DNA of 54,530 nt from Anaerolineales bacterium (GTDB taxonomy: Bacteria > Chloroflexota > Anaerolineae > Anaerolineales > UBA11579), in assembly GCA_024710875.1 (NCBI GenBank), contig JANJTX010000143.1:1-54530 (forward strand), read 5' to 3'. Position 1 is the first letter of the stretch; each line of letters starts with the position of its first letter. Positions 42,711 to 51,344 of the stretch are shown here, one piece after another. The notes beneath the pieces were generated by a model, which ran no database searches, was not told where the DNA came from, and was given only the letters and a program-made list of their open reading frames with translations. The position numbers and the translations under genes are program-made.

Positions 42711-43378
42711 AAGGCTCCCTCAAGAATTCCTGAATACACAGTACACGAATACGCCAGCGCCTGCTGGCAGGCGGGCGGCACTTCCTGCCGCGCCGCAATC
42801 CCCAGCCGGGCCAGCGCCCGCGTCAGATGGCACAACGGCAGGCCGACTACATTGGCATAGCAGCCAGACAGTTCGGGGGCGGGATTGAAGCCCGCATGCT
42901 GGATGGCATAGCCGCCGGCTTTATCAAACGGGTCACCGCTGGCGATGTAGTTCCGCATTTCTTCGTCAGAATACGCCCGCATCGGTACATCCGTAATCGC
43001 CAGTTCAGTCTCCAGGCGGCCATCGCCCAAACGCAAAACCGCCACACCCGTCAGTACCTGGTGCACCCGCCCGCGCAACTGGCGCAGCATCGCTTCGGCT
43101 TCAGCCGCATCCGCCGGTTTGCCGAGGATTTCACCATCAGCCACTACGGTCGTATCGGCGGCAATCACGGCCGCGCCCATTGCGCCGCGTTCAGCCACGG
43201 CGCGGGCCTTGGCTTCCGCCAGCCGCAGCACATATTCGCCGGGGTCCTCGCCCGCCCGCGGGGTTTCATCCACATCTGCCACCTGCACGGCAAATTCCCA
43301 GCCGCCCAGCGCCAGCAACTGGTGGCGGCGCGGCGAGGCCGAAGCAAGAATGAGCGTGGTGGAATTGGACATCGGCAT
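42707..43378 (-). CDS. maf: Maf-like nucleoside triphosphate pyrophosphatase
   Basis: LILASASPRRHQLL and GGYAIQ motifs. It has a 4-nt overlap with the downstream PBP gene. Confidence 0.85.
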   Translation of the reverse strand: MPMSNSTTLILASASPRRHQLLALGGWEFAVQVADVDETPRAGEDPGEYVLRLAEAKARAVAERGAMGAAVIAADTTVVADGEILGKPADAAEAEAMLRQLRGRVHQVLTGVAVLRLGDGRLETELAITDVPMRAYSDEEMRNYIASGDPFDKAGGYAIQHAGFNPAPELSGCYANVVGLPLCHLTRALARLGIAARQEVPPACQQALAYSCTVYSGILEGAL

Positions 43379-43463
43379 GGTAACTGACCGATTCTAACAT
43401 AGCCAGCCATGCTGGAATTCTATTCACCTTCGGCAGCGCATAAATCCCCCAAAGGGATGAAAG

Positions 43464-43493
43464 AAAAAAGCCGCCAGATTTGGCGGCTTTTTT
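43464..43493. terminator. Bidirectional intrinsic terminator downstream of lpdA
   Basis: An A6 run, then GCCGCCA-gatt-TGGCGGC, then a T6 run. Confidence 0.65.
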
Positions 43494-43508
43494 GGGGGTT
43501 ATATTCGC

Positions 43509-44891
43509 TTACTGGTGCAGCGGGTGCCCGGCGGCGTCCTCAGCCGCTTCCAGCAGCGCCTCGGATAGCGTGGGGTGGGCATGCACATTGCGGGAGATTT
43601 CTTCCGGGGTCAGTTCCATCATCTGCGCCAGAGTGAATTCCGGCAGCAGTTCAGTCACTTCCGGCCCAATCATGTGCGCCCCGAGGATTTCGCCATACTG
43701 GGCATCCGTCACCAGTTTCACCCAGCCGCCGTAATCCGCCAGGCCCAGCGCCTTGCCATTGGCCTGAAAATTGAATTTACCGACCTTGACCTCATAGCCC
43801 GCCGCTTTGGCTTCTTCTTCGGTATAGCCAAACGAGGCAATCTGCGGGTGGCTATAGGTAGCGCGCGGCATCATCTTGTAATTCAGCGTCACGGTTTCAT
43901 GCCCGGCGATATGCTCGGCGCACACCACACCCATCGCCATACCGACATGGGCGAGCATTAATTTTCCGGTTACGTCACCAATCGCCCAGATGCCGGGCAC
44001 ATTGGTCGCCATGCGGTCATCAATTTCCACAAAGCCGCGTTCGCTCAATTTCACGCCCACCTCTTCCAGGCCCAGCCCCTTGCTGTTAGGCGTAAACGAG
44101 GCCGCCATCAGCACCTGGTCGGTTTCGATGGTCTGCGAGCCTTCTTTGGTTTCGACGGTTACTTTGACCTTGGTCTTGAGTTTTTCGACTCCGGTGACCT
44201 TGCCGCCGGTTATCATCGTAATGCCATTTTTCTGAAAGACCTTGGTCAGTTCCTTGCTCACGTCCGGGTCTTCGTTCGGCACAATCCGGTCGAGCATTTC
44301 CACCAGCGTCACCGGCACACCGTAGGAATTCCAGATGGTGGCGAACTCGACCCCAATCGCCCCGGCCCCGATGATGACTACTGACTTGGGCAGGCTTTCC
44401 TGCAAAATCGCTTCCCAGTAGGTCAGCACCTGCTTGCCATCCACCTCAATCCCGGGGATTTTGAAGGCGCTCGCCCCGGTGGCGATGATGATATTTTTGG
44501 CTTTCAGTTCGCTGGTCTTGCCGTCTTTGTCCGTGACCTGCACCGTGTCTTTGGCGGTCAGCTTGCCGCTGCCCATATGGACATCAATGCTGTTCTTGCG
44601 CATCAGGAAGCCCACGCCCTTGACCAGCCGGTCGGAGTTCTGGCGCGAGCGTTTGACCGCCACGCTGTAATCCAGTTTCAGGTTGTCAAAGGAAAACCCG
44701 AATTCCTTGCCGCGTTCGCGCAGCGTGTGGGCAACCTCGGCGTTCTTGAGCAGGCTCTTGGAGGGGATACAGCCGACGTTCAGGCACACCCCGCCCAGAA
44801 ATTCCTTTTCCACGATGGCGGTCTTCTGCCCCAGTTGCGCGGCCTTGATAGCGGCGATATACCCGCCCGGCCCGGCCCCCATCCCAATCAC
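43509..44891 (-). CDS. lpdA: Dihydrolipoyl dehydrogenase (E3)
   Basis: GAGPGGY FAD motif, redox-active disulfide (GGVCLNVGCIPSK), NAD motif (GAGAIGVE) and a C-terminal HAHPTLSE. The apparent GTG start has an in-frame TAG two codons upstream. Confidence 0.9.
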   Translation of the reverse strand: MIGMGAGPGGYIAAIKAAQLGQKTAIVEKEFLGGVCLNVGCIPSKSLLKNAEVAHTLRERGKEFGFSFDNLKLDYSVAVKRSRQNSDRLVKGVGFLMRKNSIDVHMGSGKLTAKDTVQVTDKDGKTSELKAKNIIIATGASAFKIPGIEVDGKQVLTYWEAILQESLPKSVVIIGAGAIGVEFATIWNSYGVPVTLVEMLDRIVPNEDPDVSKELTKVFQKNGITMITGGKVTGVEKLKTKVKVTVETKEGSQTIETDQVLMAASFTPNSKGLGLEEVGVKLSERGFVEIDDRMATNVPGIWAIGDVTGKLMLAHVGMAMGVVCAEHIAGHETVTLNYKMMPRATYSHPQIASFGYTEEEAKAAGYEVKVGKFNFQANGKALGLADYGGWVKLVTDAQYGEILGAHMIGPEVTELLPEFTLAQMMELTPEEISRNVHAHPTLSEALLEAAEDAAGHPLHQ

Positions 44892-44989
44892 ATCCTAGTT
44901 GGACCTGCAAACCTCTTTTTCGTAGAATTACCACTCTCGGTGGGCCGCAGTGGGCTAAAGCCGACTGACTTAGTCACACCCACCCCAGT

Positions 44990-45017
44990 TACTTTTTACC
45001 AATTACCAATTACTTCT
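44990..45017. repeat. STRR-like heptamer array (TTACTTT TTACCAA TTACCAA TTACTTC)
   Basis: Four contiguous 7-nt units between the E2 stop and the lpdA start. Confidence 0.8.
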
Positions 45018-45020
45018 TCC

Positions 45021-46535
45021 CTACTTCCACTCTTCCAGCGTCTTCTTCACGGTACCGAGGAAGTAATCCGCCACCGCCCCATCCAGCATGCGGTGGTCAA
45101 AGGTCAGCCCGATGTACACCATCGGCCGGATGGCGATGGCATCATTCACCACCACCGCACGCTTCTGAATCATCCCGACCCCCAGGATGCCGCACTGGGG
45201 CTGGTTGATAATCGGCGTGGCGAACAGCGAACCGCTGGTGCCGTGGTTGGTAATCGTAAACGTGCCGCCGCGCACTTCATCCGGCGTGAGCTTCTTGGCT
45301 CGGGAGCGCTCGGCCAGGTCATTGACCGCCCGCGCAATCCCCAGCAGCGAGAGGCCATCCGCCTGCTTGATGACCGGCACAATCAGCCCGCCGCCTTCCA
45401 GCGCCGCCGCCATGCCGATGTTGATATCCTTGTGAATGGCGATGCTCTCTTCCGTCCAGGAGGAGTTCAAAATCGGGTAGGCTTTCAGGCCCGCCACCAC
45501 CGCCGCCACAAAATAAGCCGTAAAGGTCAGGTTGGCGCCGTCGCGGGCAAAGACTTCCTTGTTCTGAGCGCGGTGTTTACCCACCGCGCTCAAATCGGCT
45601 TCCATAATCGTAGTCACATGCGGCGAGGTGTGCTTGCTCTCTACCATGTGCTTGGCAATTGACTTGCGCATGGTATCCAGCTTCATCACCGTACCGGGGA
45701 TGGGCTGGCCGTCAGCTGGCGCGGTGGCCGCCGGCGCTGCCACACTTGGCGCGCTGGTCGGGGCGACGGCCTTCGCGGGGGGCGTACCCAGCGGGTCAAC
45801 CCCGCCCGCGGCGAGCACCCGTTCAATATCCTTCTTGGTAATGCGGCCTTCCAGACCAGTGCCGGTAATGCGGCTCAAATCCAGGCCGTGCTCGCCAGCC
45901 AGCCGCCCGACCACTGGCGAAATAAAGCCCGCCCGCCCACCGGATGCAGCCGCAGGCGCGCTGGCCGTCGCCGTGCCTGGCTGGGACGGCGCGCCACCGC
46001 GCACATAATTTTGCAAATCGTCTTTGGTAATCCGCCCGCCGGGGCCGCTGCCGGGCACCCGCGTCAGGTCTACCTTCATGCGGGCCGCCATGCGCGCCAC
46101 CAGCGGCGAGGCATACAGGCCGCCCGCCTGCCCGTTGCCGCCATTGCGGGCCGGGGCAGGCATGGGTGAAGCAGGGGCCGGTTGCGGCGCAGGAACTGGC
46201 GCGGGCGGCGGAGCAGGGCTTTCGGCTTTTGGCGCGGGCGGCGGTGCGTCTTTGGCCGGGGCGGCATCGCCGCCGGCATCCGCCGGAATCGCTTCGCCGG
46301 GCTCGCCCACCCAGCACAGCACGCCATTGACCGGCACGACCGAATCCGGCGCGACCATGATTTTCAAGACCGTTCCGGCGGCCGAACTCGGTACCTCGGA
46401 ATCGACTTTATCCGTATTCACTTCCACCAGCGGCTGGTACTGCTCAACCACATCCCCCTCTTTGACCAGCCAGCGGATAACAGTAGCTTCAATCACCCCT
46501 TCGCCCATTTCAGGCATCGCAATTTTGGTTGGCAT
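45021..46535 (-). CDS. 2-oxoacid dehydrogenase E2 (dihydrolipoamide acyltransferase): one lipoyl domain, two PSBD domains
   Basis: Lipoyl-Lys context (VNTDKV). There are two E3/E1-binding domains (ASPLVARMAARMKVDL..GSGPGGRITKDD and ISPVVGRLAGEHGLDL..GTGLEGRITKKD). The catalytic DHRMLDG is present. Confidence 0.9.
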   Translation of the reverse strand: MPTKIAMPEMGEGVIEATVIRWLVKEGDVVEQYQPLVEVNTDKVDSEVPSSAAGTVLKIMVAPDSVVPVNGVLCWVGEPGEAIPADAGGDAAPAKDAPPPAPKAESPAPPPAPVPAPQPAPASPMPAPARNGGNGQAGGLYASPLVARMAARMKVDLTRVPGSGPGGRITKDDLQNYVRGGAPSQPGTATASAPAAASGGRAGFISPVVGRLAGEHGLDLSRITGTGLEGRITKKDIERVLAAGGVDPLGTPPAKAVAPTSAPSVAAPAATAPADGQPIPGTVMKLDTMRKSIAKHMVESKHTSPHVTTIMEADLSAVGKHRAQNKEVFARDGANLTFTAYFVAAVVAGLKAYPILNSSWTEESIAIHKDINIGMAAALEGGGLIVPVIKQADGLSLLGIARAVNDLAERSRAKKLTPDEVRGGTFTITNHGTSGSLFATPIINQPQCGILGVGMIQKRAVVVNDAIAIRPMVYIGLTFDHRMLDGAVADYFLGTVKKTLEEWK

Positions 46536-46642
46536 CCGGCGTTTCCTCCGCAGCGATTTTCGTGCGCCCTATTGTATCAAACAACCGCGCCCGGCTTGTG
46601 TGAGGCCAAGCGGTGGAAGCGGCTAACTTAAAGGTGTTAATC

Positions 46643-46726
46643 TGTCATTGCGAGCCCGAAGGGCGAAGCAATCTCATACCTCTATTGGAGATTGCTTCGG
46701 CGGGTAAATCCCGCCTCGCAATGACA
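46643..46726. repeat. 84-nt nested palindrome (TGTCATTGCGAG ... CTCGCAATGACA)
   Basis: The outer 12-nt arms and inner 11-nt arms (GAAGCAATCTC/GAGATTGCTTC) are each perfect. Two local mini-hairpins lie between them. Confidence 0.85.
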
Positions 46727-46798
46727 AAAACTTCTCCGCTAGTTTAGACCCTCTATTATCTGTCCCCGCTGCCTGCCAAACGTTACTTGCATTCAGCC

Positions 46799-46834
46799 AA
46801 ACAAAAACAGGGGCCGAGGAAACCTCAGCCCCTG
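46799..46834 (-). terminator. Intrinsic terminator of the DUF4349 gene
   Basis: On the minus strand, CAGGGGCTGAGG-ttt-CCTCGGCCCCTG (one mismatch) followed by TTTTTGTTT. Confidence 0.65.
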
Positions 46835-46857
46835 CATTTGTACAGCGGGTTGGTAAC

Positions 46858-47841
46858 TTAGCTCGCGGTGGCGCCGGGCTTGTCGGCAAAGGTGCGTTTC
46901 AGCCAGCGGGCCAGCAGCCACAGCGGCAGACCGAACATCAGCACCTGCGGCAGCACATACACCGCCACCCAGATTCCGGCTTTGGCCAGCCCCTGCAATA
47001 CCTCCAGCAGGGCCGCCACGGCTTCGCGCGCTTCGCCTTCCGGAGTCCAGCCCGCGATAACCACCGGCGGCTGTACCAGCGAAGCGGCCGAAATCAGCTG
47101 GATGCTGATGGAGCCAAAGGCTGAGGCTTCTTCATAATACTGAATCTGGCCTTTCAGCACTTCAATCTGCTCGGTGACCTGCACCAGTTGGTAGTACACC
47201 GTCAGCACTTCTTCGGTCTTGTGCGCTTCAGACATAATCAGGCGCAGTTGAGCAGCGGCTTCTTCCAGATTGCGCAGGCGGCTTTGCAGGTCGGTGTAGG
47301 CCTGGGTCACATCCTGCCCGGAAATGGTCTTGTGCTGTACTTCCAGAGCGCTGCCTTCCAGTTGCGAAAGCACTGCCCCAAAGCGAGCCGAGGGCACCCG
47401 GATGGTCAGCGTGGCATTTTTGACTTTATCGCCGTCATGGGTCTGGACTTCGTGCAGGTTGCTGGTCACAATGAAGCCGCCCATACCTTCCGCCAGGCGG
47501 ATGATGGCGTCCATCTGTTCCAGCGGATTCTCGACTACCAACGAAATATCGGCGCTTTTCAGCACCAGCCGTTCATTGGCAACCGGTACGCCGCCCTGCA
47601 GGTCCAGTTCGCCCGCCCCGCTGCCAGTCAGGCGCAGTTCAGCCGGTGCACCCAGCGCCACGCCTACCGCGGGCTGCTCGGCAATCGCATCTGTGGGCAT
47701 GGTGGTATCGGTATAGGCGTACCCGCCTTCCGACGGGGCTTCAACCGCGGCGTACTCCAGTTTGCTTACGCCGCGCTGGCCGCAGGCGCTCAACACCAGC
47801 GCCAGCACACTCAACAACACTACAGTTTTTTGGGTTTTCAT
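46858..47841 (-). CDS. DUF4349 domain-containing lipoprotein
   Basis: Lipobox (VLSAC), a central coiled-coil-like region (TDLQSRLRNLEEAAAQL) and a C-terminal TM pair, as in DUF4349. Confidence 0.65.
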   Translation of the reverse strand: MKTQKTVVLLSVLALVLSACGQRGVSKLEYAAVEAPSEGGYAYTDTTMPTDAIAEQPAVGVALGAPAELRLTGSGAGELDLQGGVPVANERLVLKSADISLVVENPLEQMDAIIRLAEGMGGFIVTSNLHEVQTHDGDKVKNATLTIRVPSARFGAVLSQLEGSALEVQHKTISGQDVTQAYTDLQSRLRNLEEAAAQLRLIMSEAHKTEEVLTVYYQLVQVTEQIEVLKGQIQYYEEASAFGSISIQLISAASLVQPPVVIAGWTPEGEAREAVAALLEVLQGLAKAGIWVAVYVLPQVLMFGLPLWLLARWLKRTFADKPGATAS

Positions 47842-47909
47842 GGCGTCTTCTCCTCAACGCGTTAGTGGGTTGAGGCTAAGACGTCCATTATGTGCGATTG
47901 GTTCCCGGG

Positions 47910-49244
47910 CTAGACGTCCCCCATGCCCACGCCAATCACGCGCGCCGCCAGGCCGGCGGCCTGCAATTGTGCCAGGCTGAACATGCCGCGGCCATCTACA
48001 AACACCGGGAAATTCAGCTCGCGTCGCAGGGCGGCCAGGTCGAGTTCGCGATACTGGCTGTGCTTCACCAGTAACACGGCCGCATCGCAGCCCTCGGCCA
48101 TGGCCAGCAGGTCGCCGTTGTACTCCGCCACATACGGATCATGGATACGAGCCGTGCCGCCCGCCGCTTCCAGCGCCGCCACAAAACTGGCGCTGGGGCT
48201 GTTGCGGGTATCGTCCGAGTCTTCCAGATAGGCATAGCCCAGCACCAGCACAATCTTGCCGCGCACTCCCTCGCCCTGGTGCGAGAGTTCGGTCGCCAGC
48301 AGGTGCAGGATGTGCTTCGGCATCCCATCATTCACGCCGCGCGCCGTGGGGATCAGGTTCAAGATCCCCGCCTTGATTTCCGTGCCATGCGCCAGCAGCC
48401 AGGGGTCCTTGGGGATGCAATGCCCGCCCACGCCCGCCCCCGGCAGATGCACATTGCGCCCCGGGCTTTTGTTCACCAGTTCGCGCACCTTCCACACATC
48501 GCCCCCCACCGATTCGCACACCAGCGCCAGTTCATTGGCAAAGGCAATCTGCACATCCCGGTAGGCATTCTCGGCGGTCTTGACGATTTCAGCCGTCACG
48601 CAATCGGTGGCATCCAAATCAGCCTGCACGATATGGCCGTACAGCGCCACCAGCGCTTCGGCCGTTTCAGGCGTGTAGCCGCCGCACACCCGGCTCAACG
48701 TCCGCAGGTTGGCCAGCAGTTTGCCGGGCATCACCCGCTCGGGGCAATTGCCGACATAAAAATCGACATTGACGCGCTTGCCGCTGCTGGCTTCCAAATC
48801 GTCCAGCACCAGGCCATCCATCGTCCCCGGCGAGATGGTCGATTCCACAATGACCAGCGCGCCATCTTTCAACACCGGGCCGAGGCTTTTCAGCACCGCC
48901 TTGAGGGCGCCGTAGCGCGGTACATGGTCCTCATCTACCGGGGTTTCCACATCAATCAGGATGACATCCCGGTCACGCAGGTCTTCATAGTCGGTCGTGG
49001 CGCGCAGCTTGCCGCCGCCAATCACTTCCGCCAGCAGGTCGGCCAGCCCGGGTTCGTCGCCCTCAATCGGCGATTCGCCGGCGGTGATTTTTGCCACCCG
49101 CTCGGCCAGGATGTCCACCCCCAGCACATCAAAGCCCACCCGCGCGAACTCGCACGCCACCGGCAGGCCCACATACCCCAGCCCAATTACGGCCAGTCGG
49201 GCCGATTTATCTTCAATTTTCTTTTGTAATTCTGTTACCGACAT
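47910..49244 (-). CDS. UDP-N-acetyl-D-hexosamine 6-dehydrogenase (WbpA/WecC-type nucleotide-sugar dehydrogenase)
   Basis: NAD-binding motif (VIGLGYVGLP), catalytic Cys context (GGHCIPKDP) and a UDPG_MGDP_dh three-domain length. Confidence 0.85.
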   Translation of the reverse strand: MSVTELQKKIEDKSARLAVIGLGYVGLPVACEFARVGFDVLGVDILAERVAKITAGESPIEGDEPGLADLLAEVIGGGKLRATTDYEDLRDRDVILIDVETPVDEDHVPRYGALKAVLKSLGPVLKDGALVIVESTISPGTMDGLVLDDLEASSGKRVNVDFYVGNCPERVMPGKLLANLRTLSRVCGGYTPETAEALVALYGHIVQADLDATDCVTAEIVKTAENAYRDVQIAFANELALVCESVGGDVWKVRELVNKSPGRNVHLPGAGVGGHCIPKDPWLLAHGTEIKAGILNLIPTARGVNDGMPKHILHLLATELSHQGEGVRGKIVLVLGYAYLEDSDDTRNSPSASFVAALEAAGGTARIHDPYVAEYNGDLLAMAEGCDAAVLLVKHSQYRELDLAALRRELNFPVFVDGRGMFSLAQLQAAGLAARVIGVGMGDV

Positions 49245-49256
49245 ACATCACTCATT

Positions 49257-50252
49257 TCAAAGATTAATCGTGTGGTTCTGCTGGCCGCTTTCAATCAGCA
49301 GCAATGCCAGCCGCAGGGCTTGCAGGCCGTCCTCGCCGCCCACCGGGGCGGGCAGGTCTTCGCGCACCGCTTTCACAAAGGCCTGCAATTCCAGTTTCAG
49401 CGGTTCCTGACGCTGGATGGCATAGCGCACCATCCGGCCTTCACTGACACCCTTGATGGATTGCAGCGCGCCCCACAGGTCGCCTTCGGTTTCCGCATTT
49501 TCAAAGAAATACAAGTCCTGGGTCAGGTCATCGTAGCGGAACATGCCGCGCTCCCCCAGCACCAGCACCTCGCGCATTTTGGTCGGTGTCAGCCAGTTGA
49601 TTTCCAGTTGCCCGATGACGCCATTTCCGAAACGCAGCAGGCCCATCAGCAGGTCTTCATGCTCGGTATGCACATTGCGCTCAATTTCAGCGTAGATGCG
49701 GGTCGGCTCGCTGCCGGTCAGAAAGCGCATCACGTCCAGGTCGTGCGGGGCCAGGTCCACCACCACGCCCACATCCCGGATGCGGGCCGGGAACGGCCCC
49801 GCCCGGCGACACACAATCTGGAAAATCCGGCCCAGTTCGCCGGCATCCAGTTTTTCCTTCAATGCTTGCAACGCCGGGTTAAAGCGCACGATATGCCCAA
49901 TCATCAGTTTGCGTTGCTTTTCGGCCGCCAGCGCAATCAGCCGCTGGCCTTCTTCCAATGTCGCCGCAATCGGCTTTTCGACCAGCACATGTGCCCCGGC
50001 TTGCAGCGCCGCCGTCGCCACTTCTTCATGCAGGGCGGTCGGCACGGCAATCGTCACCGCCTCTGGCTGGGTCTTAGCCAGCAATTCGCGGTAGTCGCCA
50101 AAAGCCGCCACGCCGTACTTCTGGCCGATGGCTTCGGCCGCCGCCGGGTTGGCATCCGCCACGCCGACCAGTTCCACATCCCCCAGTTCAGAAACTACGC
50201 GGGCGTGGTTGCGCCCCATCGAACCCACCCCAATGACTGCAAACTTCAACAT
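49257..50252 (-). CDS. Gfo/Idh/MocA family oxidoreductase (WbpB-like)
   Basis: N-terminal Rossmann motif (FAVIGVGSMGRNH) and the EKP motif. Start reset to ATG 50252, which has a GGGAGG RBS. Confidence 0.8.
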   Translation of the reverse strand: MLKFAVIGVGSMGRNHARVVSELGDVELVGVADANPAAAEAIGQKYGVAAFGDYRELLAKTQPEAVTIAVPTALHEEVATAALQAGAHVLVEKPIAATLEEGQRLIALAAEKQRKLMIGHIVRFNPALQALKEKLDAGELGRIFQIVCRRAGPFPARIRDVGVVVDLAPHDLDVMRFLTGSEPTRIYAEIERNVHTEHEDLLMGLLRFGNGVIGQLEINWLTPTKMREVLVLGERGMFRYDDLTQDLYFFENAETEGDLWGALQSIKGVSEGRMVRYAIQRQEPLKLELQAFVKAVREDLPAPVGGEDGLQALRLALLLIESGQQNHTINL

Positions 50253-50262
50253 GCTCGCCTCC

Positions 50263-51342
50263 CTAGGCCGCAAAAAATGAGTTGACGGCGTCCACGATGG
50301 TTTCCAGGTCGCCGGCGCTCAAAGCCGGGTGCACCGGCAACGAGAGCACTTCCAGGGCCGCCTGCTCGGTGACCGGCAGGCTCTGGTTGTAGCCCAGTTC
50401 CTCGGTGTAATAGGTTTGCTGGTGCACCGGCACCGGGTAGTACACCCCGCTGCCCACGCCCTTATCGGTCAGGTGCTGCAAGAGGGCATCCCGCTGGCCG
50501 TCTTTTACGCGGATGGTGTATTGGTGGTAGACATGCTGGCTGCCCGCCGGTTCTACCGGTACGCCCACACCCTGCAAATGTTCATTGAGAAAGGCTGCAT
50601 TCTGGCGGCGGGCGGCGTTGAATTTGCCCAGCTTGTGCAACTGCGCCAGCCCAATGGCAGCGTGGATGTCCGTCATGCGGAAGTTGAAGCCCAGTTCATC
50701 ATGGTAGTAGCGGCGGCGCATGCCGTGCTGCCGGATAACCTTGCAGGACTCGGCCAGGGCTTCATCATTCGTCGTAATCATGCCGCCCTCACCCGAGGTG
50801 ATGTTCTTGGTCGGGTAGAGCGAGAAACAGCCGGTGCCAAACGAGCCCACCACCTGCCCGCCAAACACCGCCCCGTGACTCTGGCAGGCATCTTCAATGA
50901 CAATCAGGTTGTGTTTTTTGGCAATCGCTTCAAGCGCTTCCATATTCGTCGGCAAGCCAAACAGATGTACCGGCATAATCGCCTTGGTACGCGGCGTGAT
51001 GGCGGCTTCGATTTTGGCCGGGTCGAGGTTGAACGTGTCCGGCTCGATATCCACAAACACCGGTTTGGCGCCGGTGAACAGCACGCTGTTGGCCGAGGCG
51101 ATGAAGGTAAACGAAGAGGTAATGACCTCATCGCCTTCGCCAATGCCGTGCGCCAGCAGCGCCACGTGCAGGGCGGTCGTGCCGCTGGTGGTGGCAATCG
51201 CATACTTTGTGCCGCACATGGCCGCAAAGGCCGCCTCAAAGGCCGCCACCCGCGGCCCCTGGGCGATGATGCCCGAGTCCAGCACTTCCATCACGGCTTG
51301 TTTTTCTTCGTCCCCAATCAACGGTTTGGCGATATGAATCAT
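50263..51342 (-). CDS. DegT/DnrJ/EryC1/StrS family PLP aminotransferase (WbpE-like)
   Basis: Family blocks are present (FE..FA...G..YAIA..SGT.AL), with the PLP-Lys context (FSLYPTKNITSGEGG). Confidence 0.9.
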   Translation of the reverse strand: MIHIAKPLIGDEEKQAVMEVLDSGIIAQGPRVAAFEAAFAAMCGTKYAIATTSGTTALHVALLAHGIGEGDEVITSSFTFIASANSVLFTGAKPVFVDIEPDTFNLDPAKIEAAITPRTKAIMPVHLFGLPTNMEALEAIAKKHNLIVIEDACQSHGAVFGGQVVGSFGTGCFSLYPTKNITSGEGGMITTNDEALAESCKVIRQHGMRRRYYHDELGFNFRMTDIHAAIGLAQLHKLGKFNAARRQNAAFLNEHLQGVGVPVEPAGSQHVYHQYTIRVKDGQRDALLQHLTDKGVGSGVYYPVPVHQQTYYTEELGYNQSLPVTEQAALEVLSLPVHPALSAGDLETIVDAVNSFFAA

Positions 51343-51344
51343 GG

